Positions 48,644 to 58,293 are shown, counted from the stretch's first letter. The stretch: DNA of 64,000 bases from an uncultured Gammaproteobacteria bacterium (GCA_964596735.1 CAZQVF010000003.1:42611-106610); one strand, 5' to 3'. Numbers and translations: made by a program. Notes: generated from the letters alone by a model not told the origin.

Positions 48644-49162
48644 ATGAAGACAGCTCTTTTTACTGCTCTTTTCCTTTTCACTAATCTTGCGGCTCAAACA
48701 ACTGAGGTGAGTTTCACCTTATTAAATGTCTGTTGGGACAGGCCTGTGATCTACCGATCAAATGAACCCGTGGATATCCGAGATGAGAGTTTCTCAGAAC
48801 AAATTCTCTCCATAAATGCGATCGTTCGTTCACCCCTTGGAATATATTGGGGATTTGGCGTAATGAATTCCAATGTTCCCAAAAACATGGGAAACAGTCC
48901 AATATCAGCCACGGAAGTATTCTATCGTGAAAGCTATCTTGGTGGCAGAGTAATTGCCGGTTTCAGCCAGTTCATTTTTGAAGCAGACGCTTCTATTGGA
49001 TATTTATCAGGAAATCAGAAATGGTTCAGAGGCGCCTATGCTGGATTAACGATTCCGATTTATAAAGATATAAGAATTAATGCCGGAATAGAAACCATGT
49101 TTTCTGAAAAAATGAACAATCCCTATGGAATGCGCGTTGGAGTAACCGCTCCCATCAGTTAG
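48644..49162 (+). CDS. Secreted hypothetical protein, beta-strand rich
   Basis: Signal-peptide-like N-terminus; TTGACA-17-TAAAGT promoter, GGGAGGA SD, hairpin at ~49185-49208. Confidence 0.65.
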   Translation: MKTALFTALFLFTNLAAQTTEVSFTLLNVCWDRPVIYRSNEPVDIRDESFSEQILSINAIVRSPLGIYWGFGVMNSNVPKNMGNSPISATEVFYRESYLGGRVIAGFSQFIFEADASIGYLSGNQKWFRGAYAGLTIPIYKDIRINAGIETMFSEKMNNPYGMRVGVTAPIS

Positions 49163-49264
49163 TTCAAAGATCAAACGCTCGATAAAAGCCCGTTATCAAC
49201 GGGCTTTTCCTTTACAAAAATAGAGCTCTGTAATAGAGCCCTATTTTTATATCTCTAATCTAAC

Positions 49265-51127
49265 TTATTTCTTTTCTTTTTTGTTTCCTTCCTCAAATTC
49301 CCCTTCTATTGGTTCATTATCTTTCTTTTCTTTTCCCTCTTCTGGTTTATCTTTTTGTTCTGCCTGCTTGGCTTGTTCATACATGGCCGTACCAATCTTT
49401 TGAACCACATCACTTAATTCTTGCATGGCTTTTTTAATTTCTTCCACATCATCCTTGTCTTTAACTTTTTTCAATTGGTCAACTTTTTCCTCAATTGCTT
49501 TTTTGTCTTCTTTACTAACCTTATCATCTGCTTCTTTTATAGTTTTCTCTGAAGTATGAACTAAGGTGTCTGCTTGATTTCTTAAATCAACCAATTCTTT
49601 AGTTTTTCTGTCCTCAGCCGCAAACTTTTCCGCTTGCTTTTTCATTTTATCAATTTCCTCTTTAGACAAGGCTGAAGAATCTTTAATAGTAATGTGTTGC
49701 TCCTTGTTTGTGGCTTTATCTTTTGCTTTAACCGTCAATATTCCATTAGCATCAATTTCAAAGCTTACTTCAATTTGAGGAATTCCCCGAGGAGCTGGAG
49801 GCAAGCCATCTAGCATAAACTTTCCTAAGGCGCGATTATCCCTGGCCATTGGCCTTTCCCCTTGTAAGACGTGAATTTCTACTGAGGGCTGATTGTCCGC
49901 CGCTGTAGAAAAAACCTGTGATTTAGAAGTGGGCACGGTTGCGTTTCTCTCAATTAAAGGAGTCATCACATTGCCTAAGGTTTCAATCCCTAAGGTCAAA
50001 GGAGTGACATCTAAAAGTAGGATGTCTTTGACTTCTGAGTCACCAGCTAAGATGGCGGCTTGGATTCCTGCACCCATGGCCACACATTCCATTGGATCAA
50101 CTCCTCTTTCAATTTTTTGTCCAAAAATATTTTCAATAAATTTCTGAACAATAGGCATTCTAGTTGGACCACCAACTAAAATAACTTTTTCAATGTCTTG
50201 GGGTTTTAACTTAGAATCATTCATGGCTTGATCAATAGAAGATTGGCATTTCTCAACAATAGGATTAACTAATTCTTCTAATTTAGCCCGGGTGACTTTC
50301 ATTAACATATGTTTTGGCCCCTGGGCATCAGCCGTAACAAAGGGCAGATTAATTTCTGTTTCTAAAACAGAAGAAAGCTCAATCTTAGCCTTTTCCACTG
50401 CTTCTTTAATCCTTTGCATGGCCATTTTATCATTTTTTAAATCAATGCCTTCTTTTGATTTAAATTCATTAATAATGTAGTCAACTAAGGCCTCGTCCAT
50501 GTCTTTTCCGCCTAAATGAGTGTCGCCTGATGTAGAGCGGACCTCAAAAACTCCTTGACCAAAATTCATAATGGTCACATCAAGGGTTCCGGCTCCAATG
50601 TCAAAGACCAAAACCTGCTGGTCTTTTTGTTTAATCTTGTCTAAACCATAAGCTAAACAAGCCGCCGTTGGTTCATTAACCAATCTGACTACTTCTAAAC
50701 CAGCAATTGAACCGGCATCTTTAGTTGCCTGACGTTGAGCGTCATTAAAATAAGCGGGTACAGTAATAACTGCTTTTTCTACTTTATCTCCTAAATACAT
50801 TTCGGCATCTTTTTTAATCTTCTGAAGAATAAAAGAAGATATTTGCTGCGGCGTATATTCTTTGTTAAACACCTGATATTTATAATCAGTGCCCATTTTT
50901 CTTTTTGCCGCCACAATAGTACCTTCTGGATTAGCCACGGCTTGACGACGAGCTGGTTCGCCGACTAAAAGCTGTTCATCTTTTGTTAGAGCAACATAAG
51001 ATGGAAAAGCTTTTCCCCCAACTGAAGTTGTCCCCTCAGCCGAAGGAATCATTTTAGGCTTACCTGCTTCCATATAAGCAGCGGCTGAATTAGACGTACC
51101 TAAATCAATACCAATTATTTTTCCCAT
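49265..51127 (-). CDS. dnaK: Chaperone DnaK
   Basis: [36 protein letters not shown]. Confidence 0.98.
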   Translation of the reverse strand: MGKIIGIDLGTSNSAAAYMEAGKPKMIPSAEGTTSVGGKAFPSYVALTKDEQLLVGEPARRQAVANPEGTIVAAKRKMGTDYKYQVFNKEYTPQQISSFILQKIKKDAEMYLGDKVEKAVITVPAYFNDAQRQATKDAGSIAGLEVVRLVNEPTAACLAYGLDKIKQKDQQVLVFDIGAGTLDVTIMNFGQGVFEVRSTSGDTHLGGKDMDEALVDYIINEFKSKEGIDLKNDKMAMQRIKEAVEKAKIELSSVLETEINLPFVTADAQGPKHMLMKVTRAKLEELVNPIVEKCQSSIDQAMNDSKLKPQDIEKVILVGGPTRMPIVQKFIENIFGQKIERGVDPMECVAMGAGIQAAILAGDSEVKDILLLDVTPLTLGIETLGNVMTPLIERNATVPTSKSQVFSTAADNQPSVEIHVLQGERPMARDNRALGKFMLDGLPPAPRGIPQIEVSFEIDANGILTVKAKDKATNKEQHITIKDSSALSKEEIDKMKKQAEKFAAEDRKTKELVDLRNQADTLVHTSEKTIKEADDKVSKEDKKAIEEKVDQLKKVKDKDDVEEIKKAMQELSDVVQKIGTAMYEQAKQAEQKDKPEEGKEKKDNEPIEGEFEEGNKKEKK

Positions 51128-51199
51128 AATTTACCTCTTATTTATTAATTAACCAACAATCTGTTCCAAGGCAAGATTATCTGCCAACTAATATATTAA

Positions 51200-51634
51200 T
51201 TATTTTTTAGATTTTTTAACTTTAATTTTTAATTTTTTAGGCTTAACCTTTTCTGCTTTAGGAATTTCAATTTTTAAAACTCCTTGTTTATAACTTGCTT
51301 GAGCCTCCTCACCCTTAACTTTACAAGGTAGGGTCATGGCTCGATAAAAACTTCCTGATTTAACTTCATGACGGTAATAATTTTTTTCTTCTACTTCTGA
51401 TTTTTTCTCACTTTTTCCTTTTAAAATCAATGTGTTATTTTCTACAGAAATATCAATCTTCTCTGGGTCAATATCAGCAATAGCTGCTTCAACCACTAGT
51501 TTCTTCCCTTTTTCATAAATATTAATTGCCGGAATAAAATCAGCTGTTTTCATTTTTGGCCATTCTTTAAAAAACTGATTAAAATCGTCATCTGGCTGCC
51601 AAGGCCAATTAGGAGGAAATGGAATTAATGCCAT
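51200..51634 (-). CDS. Hsp20/alpha-crystallin small heat shock protein
   Basis: PAINIYE...GSFYRAMTLP...ASYKQGVLKIEIPK. Confidence 0.92.
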   Translation of the reverse strand: MALIPFPPNWPWQPDDDFNQFFKEWPKMKTADFIPAINIYEKGKKLVVEAAIADIDPEKIDISVENNTLILKGKSEKKSEVEEKNYYRHEVKSGSFYRAMTLPCKVKGEEAQASYKQGVLKIEIPKAEKVKPKKLKIKVKKSKK

Positions 51635-51669
51635 AATAATTTGTTAATTAATTAATTATATAAATGCGA

Positions 51670-52128
51670 CTATTTAATAACTACTTTAGCGGTTCTAATA
51701 ACTTTATCATTTAATAAGTAACCGGCTTGAATTTCTTTAATAATCTGATTTTTCTCTCCTTGCTTTTCAACTGCCTCATGTAAATCAGGATTAAATTTCT
51801 GCCCATTTGTTTTTATCTTTTCTATGCTCTGAGCTTTTAAAAAACTATCTAATTGTTTTTTTATTTGTTCTGTTCCCTTAACCCATTGATTATTTTTTAA
51901 TTCTTTGGGAATATGTTTTAATGAATAATCAAAGGCGTCTAAGGTGGGTAAAAGTTTTAAAATCAAATCTAAATTAGTAAATTTGACCCAATCAACCTTT
52001 TCTCTTTCAATTTCTTTTTCTCGATTAAGATAATCTGCCTTGGCTCTTTGCCAGCCAGCTAAATATTCCTGGACTTGTTTTTCTTGCTCTTTTAGTTGTT
52101 TTTTTAATTTTTCAATTTCTTTTGACAT
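51670..52128 (-). CDS. grpE: Nucleotide exchange factor GrpE
   Basis: RAKADYLN, LLPTLD, FNPDLHEAV, GYLLNDKVIRTAKV. Confidence 0.95.
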   Translation of the reverse strand: MSKEIEKLKKQLKEQEKQVQEYLAGWQRAKADYLNREKEIEREKVDWVKFTNLDLILKLLPTLDAFDYSLKHIPKELKNNQWVKGTEQIKKQLDSFLKAQSIEKIKTNGQKFNPDLHEAVEKQGEKNQIIKEIQAGYLLNDKVIRTAKVVIK

Positions 52129-52134
52129 ATGTTA

Positions 52135-52815
52135 TTAATTAAGTAGTTTACGAACATAATCTATTAAAGCGATATTTTTATTATATTGCATTCTCGTCGG
52201 CCCGATAATTCCGATTAAACCATATTTGGGGCAGTGGGCCAGTATGGCACTGCAATAATTACCAAAGGGATTTTTCTTGCCAATTAAAACATGGGTTTGT
52301 TTTTTAGGTAGGTTAAAAATCTCTGCCATTGTTTTGTCCAGATGATCAACTATTTGTGAAATGCTGTAAACAGCTGAATGCTCTTGAAACTCTGGCTGAT
52401 TAAATAAATTTGTTAAACCAGTGTAATAAAAGTCATTATTGGTAAAGGCTAATATGCTCAGCTCTCCGGTTAAGTCAGATATCTTTTTAGCTAAGGCTTT
52501 CATTAACTCTCTTTTCTGTTTTTCTTGTTTTTTTATCTTAGCTAGAATTTTTTTCTGATATTCTGCTAAATCTTTTTTTTCTAAAAGATGACTAACATAA
52601 TACTCAAACCCTTTTAAGCTTGGCAGGCGACCAGCTGAAAGATGGGGCTGGAAAAGATAGCCCTGCCCTATTAATTCAGTCATTTCATTTCTAATCGTGG
52701 CTGAACTAACACAGGGTTTTATCTTTTCACATAAAAGTTCTGAGCCAACTGGCTGGGCCTTTTTAATATATTGATTAACAATATTTTTTAATAATTGTTT
52801 TTGTCTTTCAGTCAT
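52135..52815 (-). CDS. hrcA: Heat-inducible repressor HrcA (short form)
   Basis: PVGS, SSATIRNEM, QPHLSAGRLPS, IIGPTRMQY. Confidence 0.93.
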   Translation of the reverse strand: MTERQKQLLKNIVNQYIKKAQPVGSELLCEKIKPCVSSATIRNEMTELIGQGYLFQPHLSAGRLPSLKGFEYYVSHLLEKKDLAEYQKKILAKIKKQEKQKRELMKALAKKISDLTGELSILAFTNNDFYYTGLTNLFNQPEFQEHSAVYSISQIVDHLDKTMAEIFNLPKKQTHVLIGKKNPFGNYCSAILAHCPKYGLIGIIGPTRMQYNKNIALIDYVRKLLN

Positions 52816-52837
52816 ATTAATATTTTAACATAAGCAG

Positions 52838-52864
52838 TTAGCACTCGTCAAGCCCGAGTGCTAA
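52838..52864. promoter_or_regulatory. CIRCE operator
   Basis: Perfect TTAGCACTC-N9-GAGTGCTAA overlapping the -35 of the hrcA promoter. Confidence 0.97.
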
Positions 52865-52935
52865 TAATCTGTGGATAATTTATTTGCCTTTTTTCCGTAT
52901 TTATGTATAATAGAAACCTTGAGATGGAGGGTAAA

Positions 52936-53088
52936 ATGAGCTTAATTCAAAAGTTCAGATGCAATCCTCCCTCGTCATCCTGGTTGGTGATTGTTGAGCC
53001 GCCATGTGCTGTTCAAAGTTGTCCACCGACCAGATGTGGTAAAATGATCAAACGGCTGTTAATCATGGGTAAAATACCTTTCCAGTGA
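52936..53088 (+). CDS. Small Cys/Pro-rich hypothetical protein
   Basis: TTGCCT/TATAAT promoter, GGAGG SD, 50 aa, GC hairpin at ~53177-53203. Confidence 0.4.
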   Translation: MSLIQKFRCNPPSSSWLVIVEPPCAVQSCPPTRCGKMIKRLLIMGKIPFQ

Positions 53089-53217
53089 CCATGCTGTAAA
53101 ATGGTTTTCGTCCGCGGTATACATCCGTTTAAATGTGAAAAATCACATTCTTTGTTGACAAGGGCAAAGGAGTGCAAAGGGGCCGCAAACGAGCGGCCCT
53201 TTTGTCTTATAGTAAAT

Positions 53218-54282
53218 TTAGTTTAAAATAATTTTTGCTATTTTCTCTCCAGCTTGAGGGTGAGCCAACTGAGCAATATTATTACTTAAATCTTTTAATT
53301 GCTTTTCTGAATTAATTATTTGTTTGATTTTTTCTAATAATTTTCCTGGCTTTAAGGTTTTTTGATTTATTAAAATTAAAGCTTTTTGGTCAACAAAATA
53401 TTGAGCATTAAATTCTTGATGAGAGTCAGGAATAGGAATACAAATCATTGGCTTTTTTAAAATGCTTAGCTCAGTTAAAACACCCAGGCCGGCTCGGGAA
53501 ATAATTAAATCAGCCACCTGGTAAAGATCTGGTATTTCCTGATTTAGAAATTCATACTGGTGATAATTTTCAAAATCTAGTTTTCTATCTTTAATCTTTT
53601 TTCCCTTGCCAGTTAAATGAATGACCTGACAAAATTTAACTAATTCTGGAACAATCTGAATAATTATTTCATTTATCTTTTGAGCCCCTGTTCCTCCACC
53701 AATGATTAACAAAACCGGTAAATCGTTTTTTAAATTAAATTGTTTAATTGCTTTTTCTTTATTTCCTTGTAATATTTCTTTTCTCACTGGATTACCAGTT
53801 AAAATTGTTTTTCTTTTTTTAAAATTTTTAAAAGATTTATCAAAACTAATAGTAATATTTTTTGCTAAGGGAGCAATTAATTTATTGGCCAAACCAGGAA
53901 TAATATCTTGCTGATGAATAAAAATTGGTTTTCTTAAAAGCCAAGCCGCCCAAGCCAAGGGAACAGAAACAAAACCCCCAGCCGAAAATATTGCTTTTGG
54001 CTTGAATTTCAAGATAATAAAAAAGGATTGGAAAAATCCAATCAAAATTAAAAACGGATCAATAATATTTTTTAAAGAAATATAGCGTCTAAATTTTCCA
54101 GAAAAAATTGCTTGATAAGGGATATTCTTGCTTTTAACTAATTCTTTTTCTGGGATTCCTTTTCTAGTGCCAATAAATAAAAATTCTGTTTCTGGTTTCT
54201 TGTTTTTAATTTCATCAGCCACAGCTAACAAGGGCACTACTGAGCCACCTGTTCCTCCTCCGGTTAAAATGATTCTTGTCAT
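53218..54282 (-). CDS. murG: MurG N-acetylglucosaminyltransferase
   Basis: LTGGGTGGS, GGFVSVP, PGLAN, TGNPVR, ISRAG, HQEFNA; ATG at 54282. Confidence 0.93.
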   Translation of the reverse strand: MTRIILTGGGTGGSVVPLLAVADEIKNKKPETEFLFIGTRKGIPEKELVKSKNIPYQAIFSGKFRRYISLKNIIDPFLILIGFFQSFFIILKFKPKAIFSAGGFVSVPLAWAAWLLRKPIFIHQQDIIPGLANKLIAPLAKNITISFDKSFKNFKKRKTILTGNPVRKEILQGNKEKAIKQFNLKNDLPVLLIIGGGTGAQKINEIIIQIVPELVKFCQVIHLTGKGKKIKDRKLDFENYHQYEFLNQEIPDLYQVADLIISRAGLGVLTELSILKKPMICIPIPDSHQEFNAQYFVDQKALILINQKTLKPGKLLEKIKQIINSEKQLKDLSNNIAQLAHPQAGEKIAKIILN

Positions 54283-54289
54283 ATAAGGC

Positions 54290-54340
54290 ATTTTAACTTT
54301 TCCTTTCCTCCTTGTCAAATTTTAATATATCTGCTATAAC
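54290..54340. promoter_or_regulatory. Overlapping divergent promoters of murG and dprA
   Basis: TTGTCAA (54312-54318) supplies both -35 boxes; 17-bp spacers to TAAAAT (-) and TATAAC (+). Confidence 0.7.
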
Positions 54341-54347
54341 CTCTCAT

Positions 54348-55004
54348 ATGCAAACCATTAATATTAAAGACAAAAATTATCCTGAATTATTAAAGGAAAT
54401 TTATGATCCTCCCCAAACTCTTTATGTTAATGGTCAATTAAAAGCTAAAGAAAAATATCCCTTGGCTGTGGTGGGAACAAGAAAAGTTTCTTTATATGGT
54501 CAAAAAACAACTCGCTCCTTGGTTAAGACTTTGGCCCAAGCCGGCTTTACTATTATTAGCGGCTTGGCTCTGGGGGTTGACGGCATTGCTCATCAAACTA
54601 CTTTAGATGTAGGTGGCCGAACAATTGCCGTACTTGGTTCTAGCTTAGATATCATTTATCCCTCCTCTCATCAACAATTAGCTCAAAAAATTATTGAATC
54701 TAACGGAGTAATTGTTAGTGAATATGAACCAAAAACCAGGCCTTCGAAATGGACTTTTCCGGCTCGCAATCGGATTGTAGCGGGCCTGTCTTTAGGGACA
54801 TTAGTTATTGAGGCCCCAAAAAAATCTGGTGCTTTAATTACGGCTCGTTTCGCCCTTGAACAAGGAAGAGAAGTCTTTGCCGTTCCTGGCAGTGTTTATA
54901 ATAAAAATTCAGACGGCTGTAATCTTTTAATTAAAATGGGAGCTAAACCAGTAACCAAACCAGAAGACATTTTAGAATCATTTAATTTAAAATTAAAAAC
55001 TTGA
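54348..55004 (+). CDS. dprA: DNA-processing protein DprA
   Basis: AVVGTR, ISGLALGVD, FPARNRIVAGLS, SGALITA, GREVFAVPG. Confidence 0.95.
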   Translation: MQTINIKDKNYPELLKEIYDPPQTLYVNGQLKAKEKYPLAVVGTRKVSLYGQKTTRSLVKTLAQAGFTIISGLALGVDGIAHQTTLDVGGRTIAVLGSSLDIIYPSSHQQLAQKIIESNGVIVSEYEPKTRPSKWTFPARNRIVAGLSLGTLVIEAPKKSGALITARFALEQGREVFAVPGSVYNKNSDGCNLLIKMGAKPVTKPEDILESFNLKLKT

Positions 55005-55054
55005 CAATATAATTAGTCAGTGGCAAAGTAAAAAACCATAAACAAATTAAACAA

Positions 55055-57094
55055 ATGGATTTAATTATTGTTGAATCACCAACCAAGGCAAAAACTATTA
55101 CTCGCTTTTTGAGCGATGATTTTTTAGTTGAATCATGTAATGGTCATATCCGAGACCTGCCTAGAGGAAAATTAGGAGTAGATCCTGAAAAAAACTTTGA
55201 GACCCAATATGTTATTCCTACCACTAAAAGAAAAATAGTAAATAAATTAAAAAAATTAGGCGAGAAAGCAGATAAAATATATCTGGCTAGTGATGAAGAT
55301 CGCGAAGGAGAAGCCATTGCTTGGCATTTAGACCATATTTTAGAATCTAAAAACACTAAACGCATTAGCTTTCATGAAATTACTCAAGAAGCAATTAAAC
55401 AGGCTTTAAAAACTCCGCGACAGATTGATATAAACTTAGTTAATTCTCAACAATCTCGTCGCATTCTTGACCGCTTAGTTGGATATAAACTATCTCCCTT
55501 ATTATGGAAAAAGCTAGTTAAAGGGCTTTCGGCCGGACGAGTCCAATCACCAGCTGTTAGGTTGATTGTGGAAAGAGAAAGAGAAATTGAAAAATTCAAA
55601 CCTCAAGAATACTGGTCTATTGAAGCAGAATTAAAAGACAAAAAAGAAACTTTTTGGGCAAAATTAGTTAAAAAAGGGGGTAAAACACTTGATAAATTAG
55701 AAATTAAGACAGAAAAACAAGTCCAAGAAATTATTAAAGATTTAGAAAAGGCGGAATACAAAATAATTGATATTAGAAAAAAAGAAATTAATAAATCCCC
55801 TCGCCCACCCTTTATCACCAGTACTCTTCAACAACAAGCCAGTAGAAATCTTAGCTTTTCTGTAAAACAGACAATGGTGATTGCTCAACAACTTTATGAA
55901 GGTGTTTCTTTAAATAAAAAAGGTGCAGCTGGTTTAATCACTTATATGCGCACAGATTCTTTAAATCTTTCAGAGAAATTTTTAAAAGAAAGTCAATCCT
56001 TTATTAAAAAAGTATACGGTGATAAATATTTAGAAAAACGTGTTTACAAGACAAAATCAAAAACGGCTCAAGAGGCTCATGAGGCCATTCGTCCTACTGA
56101 TTGTCAAAATACTCCAGAAAAAATGGCCAAATATTTAAACAAAAACCAATTAAAACTATATGATTTAATTTGGCGTCGAGCAATGGCCTCACAGATGAGT
56201 AAGCAGATTCTTGACTCAACCGCTGTTGATATTGAAGCAAAACAATATCTTTTCCGAGCCAATGGTTTAAACATAAAATTTGATGGGTGGTTAAAAATTT
56301 ATCCTGAAAAACAAAAAGAAAACTATTTACCAGATTTAAAAATTAATCAGATTTTAGAATTAAAACAGTTAAAGCCTGATCAACATTTTACAGAACCACC
56401 TCCCCGCTACAGTGAGGCTAGTTTGGTTAAAATTTTAGAAGAATATGGAATTGGCCGGCCATCAACCTATGCTCCAATTATTACCACGATTCAAACTAGA
56501 AATTACGTACTAAAAGAACAAAAACGATTTAAGCCAACTGAGATAGGTATTTTAGTTAATGACCTTTTAGTAAAACATTTTTTTGATATTGTCGATTATA
56601 AGTTTACTGCTCAGCTAGAAGATAATTTAGATGAAATTGCTCAAGGAAAAGAAGATTATCTAAAAATGCTTAATAATTTTTATCAACCTTTTATAAAAAA
56701 TTTACAAATGAAAGAAGAAGAAATTGAGAAAAAATTTACTGATGAACAAACAGATGAAAAATGTCCTAAATGTAATGAACCATTAGTTATAAAAATGGGG
56801 CGTTTTGGAAAATTCTTAGCCTGCACTGGATTTCCTAAATGTAGACACACAAAGTCTTTAACAGACTCATCAGGTAATAATCATGAAAAAATTGATATTC
56901 CTTGTCCTAAGTGTGACGGAGAAATCGTGAAAAAAAGAACTAGAAAGGGAAAATTCTTTTATGGCTGTTCAAACTGGCCCAAATGTGACTTTGCCGTATG
57001 GGATGAACCAACCGATGAAAAGTGCCCTAAGTGTAAAAGCATCATGGTTAAAAAAGGAGACCAAATAAAATGCAGTAATAAAGAGTGTAAATAA
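55055..57094 (+). CDS. topA: DNA topoisomerase I
   Basis: IVESPTKAKTI, DEDREGE, SAGRVQS, ITYMRTDS, C-terminal zinc ribbons. Confidence 0.97.
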   Translation: MDLIIVESPTKAKTITRFLSDDFLVESCNGHIRDLPRGKLGVDPEKNFETQYVIPTTKRKIVNKLKKLGEKADKIYLASDEDREGEAIAWHLDHILESKNTKRISFHEITQEAIKQALKTPRQIDINLVNSQQSRRILDRLVGYKLSPLLWKKLVKGLSAGRVQSPAVRLIVEREREIEKFKPQEYWSIEAELKDKKETFWAKLVKKGGKTLDKLEIKTEKQVQEIIKDLEKAEYKIIDIRKKEINKSPRPPFITSTLQQQASRNLSFSVKQTMVIAQQLYEGVSLNKKGAAGLITYMRTDSLNLSEKFLKESQSFIKKVYGDKYLEKRVYKTKSKTAQEAHEAIRPTDCQNTPEKMAKYLNKNQLKLYDLIWRRAMASQMSKQILDSTAVDIEAKQYLFRANGLNIKFDGWLKIYPEKQKENYLPDLKINQILELKQLKPDQHFTEPPPRYSEASLVKILEEYGIGRPSTYAPIITTIQTRNYVLKEQKRFKPTEIGILVNDLLVKHFFDIVDYKFTAQLEDNLDEIAQGKEDYLKMLNNFYQPFIKNLQMKEEEIEKKFTDEQTDEKCPKCNEPLVIKMGRFGKFLACTGFPKCRHTKSLTDSSGNNHEKIDIPCPKCDGEIVKKRTRKGKFFYGCSNWPKCDFAVWDEPTDEKCPKCKSIMVKKGDQIKCSNKECK

Positions 57095-57112
57095 GGCAAA
57101 TTTCTGTTAAAA

Positions 57113-57193
57113 TATAAGAACCTGCTCACTGCGTTTGCAGAACCTTGAAATTAAATTCTTTATTATATAAATAATAATGTAATTTAATTATAA
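57113..57193 (+). repeat. Dispersed REP-like repeat, copy 3
   Basis: TAAGAACCTGC-TCACTGCGTTT-GCAGAACCTTGA plus the AT-rich tail shared with 16897-16968. Confidence 0.7.
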
Positions 57194-57197
57194 ATAT

Positions 57198-57281
57198 GCC
57201 TGGGTGGCGGAATTGGTTTACGCGCACGACTCAAAATCGTGTGGAGTTTTCTCCATGAGGGTTCGAGTCCCTCCCCAGGCA
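57198..57281 (+). tRNA. tRNA-Leu(CAA)
   Basis: GCCTGGG/CCCAGGC acceptor, CT-CAA-AA loop, long variable arm, GGTTCGAGTCC. Confidence 0.95.
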
Positions 57282-57437
57282 TTTTTTATTTCTGGGGAAA
57301 ACTTTATCAAATTTATCCTATTTTATGATATAATAAGGGTATATATTTTTTCTTTTCATATAGTAAGGAGGTATAATAATTGGTCTATGGTGATCAGCTA
57401 GTCAGAAAAACAACACACAAAAAGAAGGAGATCTTCT

Positions 57438-57557
57438 ATGAAGAAATGTATTCATGCTCCCCCAATGCAGTCAAGTGTCAGCGAAGAGTCGCAAAGCATC
57501 ACTAATATCGCAGGTGATCCCGGTTTTCGCAGTCGGTGCGAGATTAACCGTTTCTGA
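57438..57557 (+). CDS. Small peptide (39 aa), unit 1
   Basis: AAGGAG SD; MKKCIHAPPMQSSVSEESQSITNIAGDPGFRSRCEINRF; GGGGCCCC terminator follows. Confidence 0.5.
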   Translation: MKKCIHAPPMQSSVSEESQSITNIAGDPGFRSRCEINRF

Positions 57558-57744
57558 TCAATTCCCATGGATAAAGGGGCCCCAAGGAGGGGCCCTATTT
57601 CTTTTAAAACCTAATTTTGCTCTTTTCAAAACCTGTAAAAATACTTGTATTTTTCTTTTTTTCCTGTTATTATTAATAACAAGGAGGTCCGGTTAAATGT
57701 ACGGAACTCATTTCCATGTGAACAAAAAACACAAGGAAGACGTA

Positions 57745-57855
57745 ATGAAAAATACCAAACTACTGGTTACCACGATCCCCCGTGGCAGCCCCATGACCAA
57801 TAACACTGAATTCCCATCGACCGGTTCAATTCTTACCACCACTAACAATAAGTGA
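57745..57855 (+). CDS. Small peptide (36 aa; 52 aa if started at ATG 57697), unit 2
   Basis: MKNTKLLVTTIPRGSPMTNNTEFPSTGSILTTTNNK; synonymous differences versus unit 3. Confidence 0.55.
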   Translation: MKNTKLLVTTIPRGSPMTNNTEFPSTGSILTTTNNK

Positions 57856-58050
57856 TGACGAAGCTATATTGATTAAGTGATGGTCGGATAATAGTAAAGG
57901 GGCCCCTGAAAGGAGGGGCCCCGCTTTTTTAAAAAACCTGTAAAAATACTTGTATTTTTCTTTTTTTCCTGTTATTATTAATAACAAGGAGGTCCGGTTA
58001 ATTGTACGGAACTCGTTTCAATGTGAATAAAATACACAAAGGAACATATA

Positions 58051-58170
58051 ATGAAAAAGATGAGACTACTGGCAGCCACGATCCCTCGCGGCAGCCCCAT
58101 GAACAATAACGATTCGTCTTATAATGAGAAGCCCGTCACCGGTTCGGTCTTGGTCAACAGTAAACAATAA
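58051..58170 (+). CDS. Small peptide (39 aa), unit 3
   Basis: MKKMRLLAATIPRGSPMNNNDSSYNEKPVTGSVLVNSKQ; paralog of unit 2. Confidence 0.55.
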   Translation: MKKMRLLAATIPRGSPMNNNDSSYNEKPVTGSVLVNSKQ

Positions 58171-58293
58171 CTCGGTGTGAAGCTCTATTGATTACGTGAT
58201 GATCAAGGTTGTATTAAACAGGGGCCCCAAAAGGAGGGGCCCCACATCTTTTCTCTTGTATTTTTTCTAATTTTATTGTATAATAAAAAAAAT

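Larger units (their letters stand above)
57628..58250 (+). repeat. Tandem duplicated ~305-bp transcription units
   Basis: 57628-57696 is identical to 57933-58001; the rest is diverged but alignable. Confidence 0.9.

Noticed and set aside
20865-52878. DnaA-box matches TGTGGATAA at 20865, 29628 and 52870 as oriC
   Set aside because: Isolated single boxes, no cluster and no dnaA/dnaN nearby.
57574-58244. GGGGCCCC repeats as a CRISPR array
   Set aside because: Spacing of ~320 bp, homologous intervening sequence and terminator-like context.
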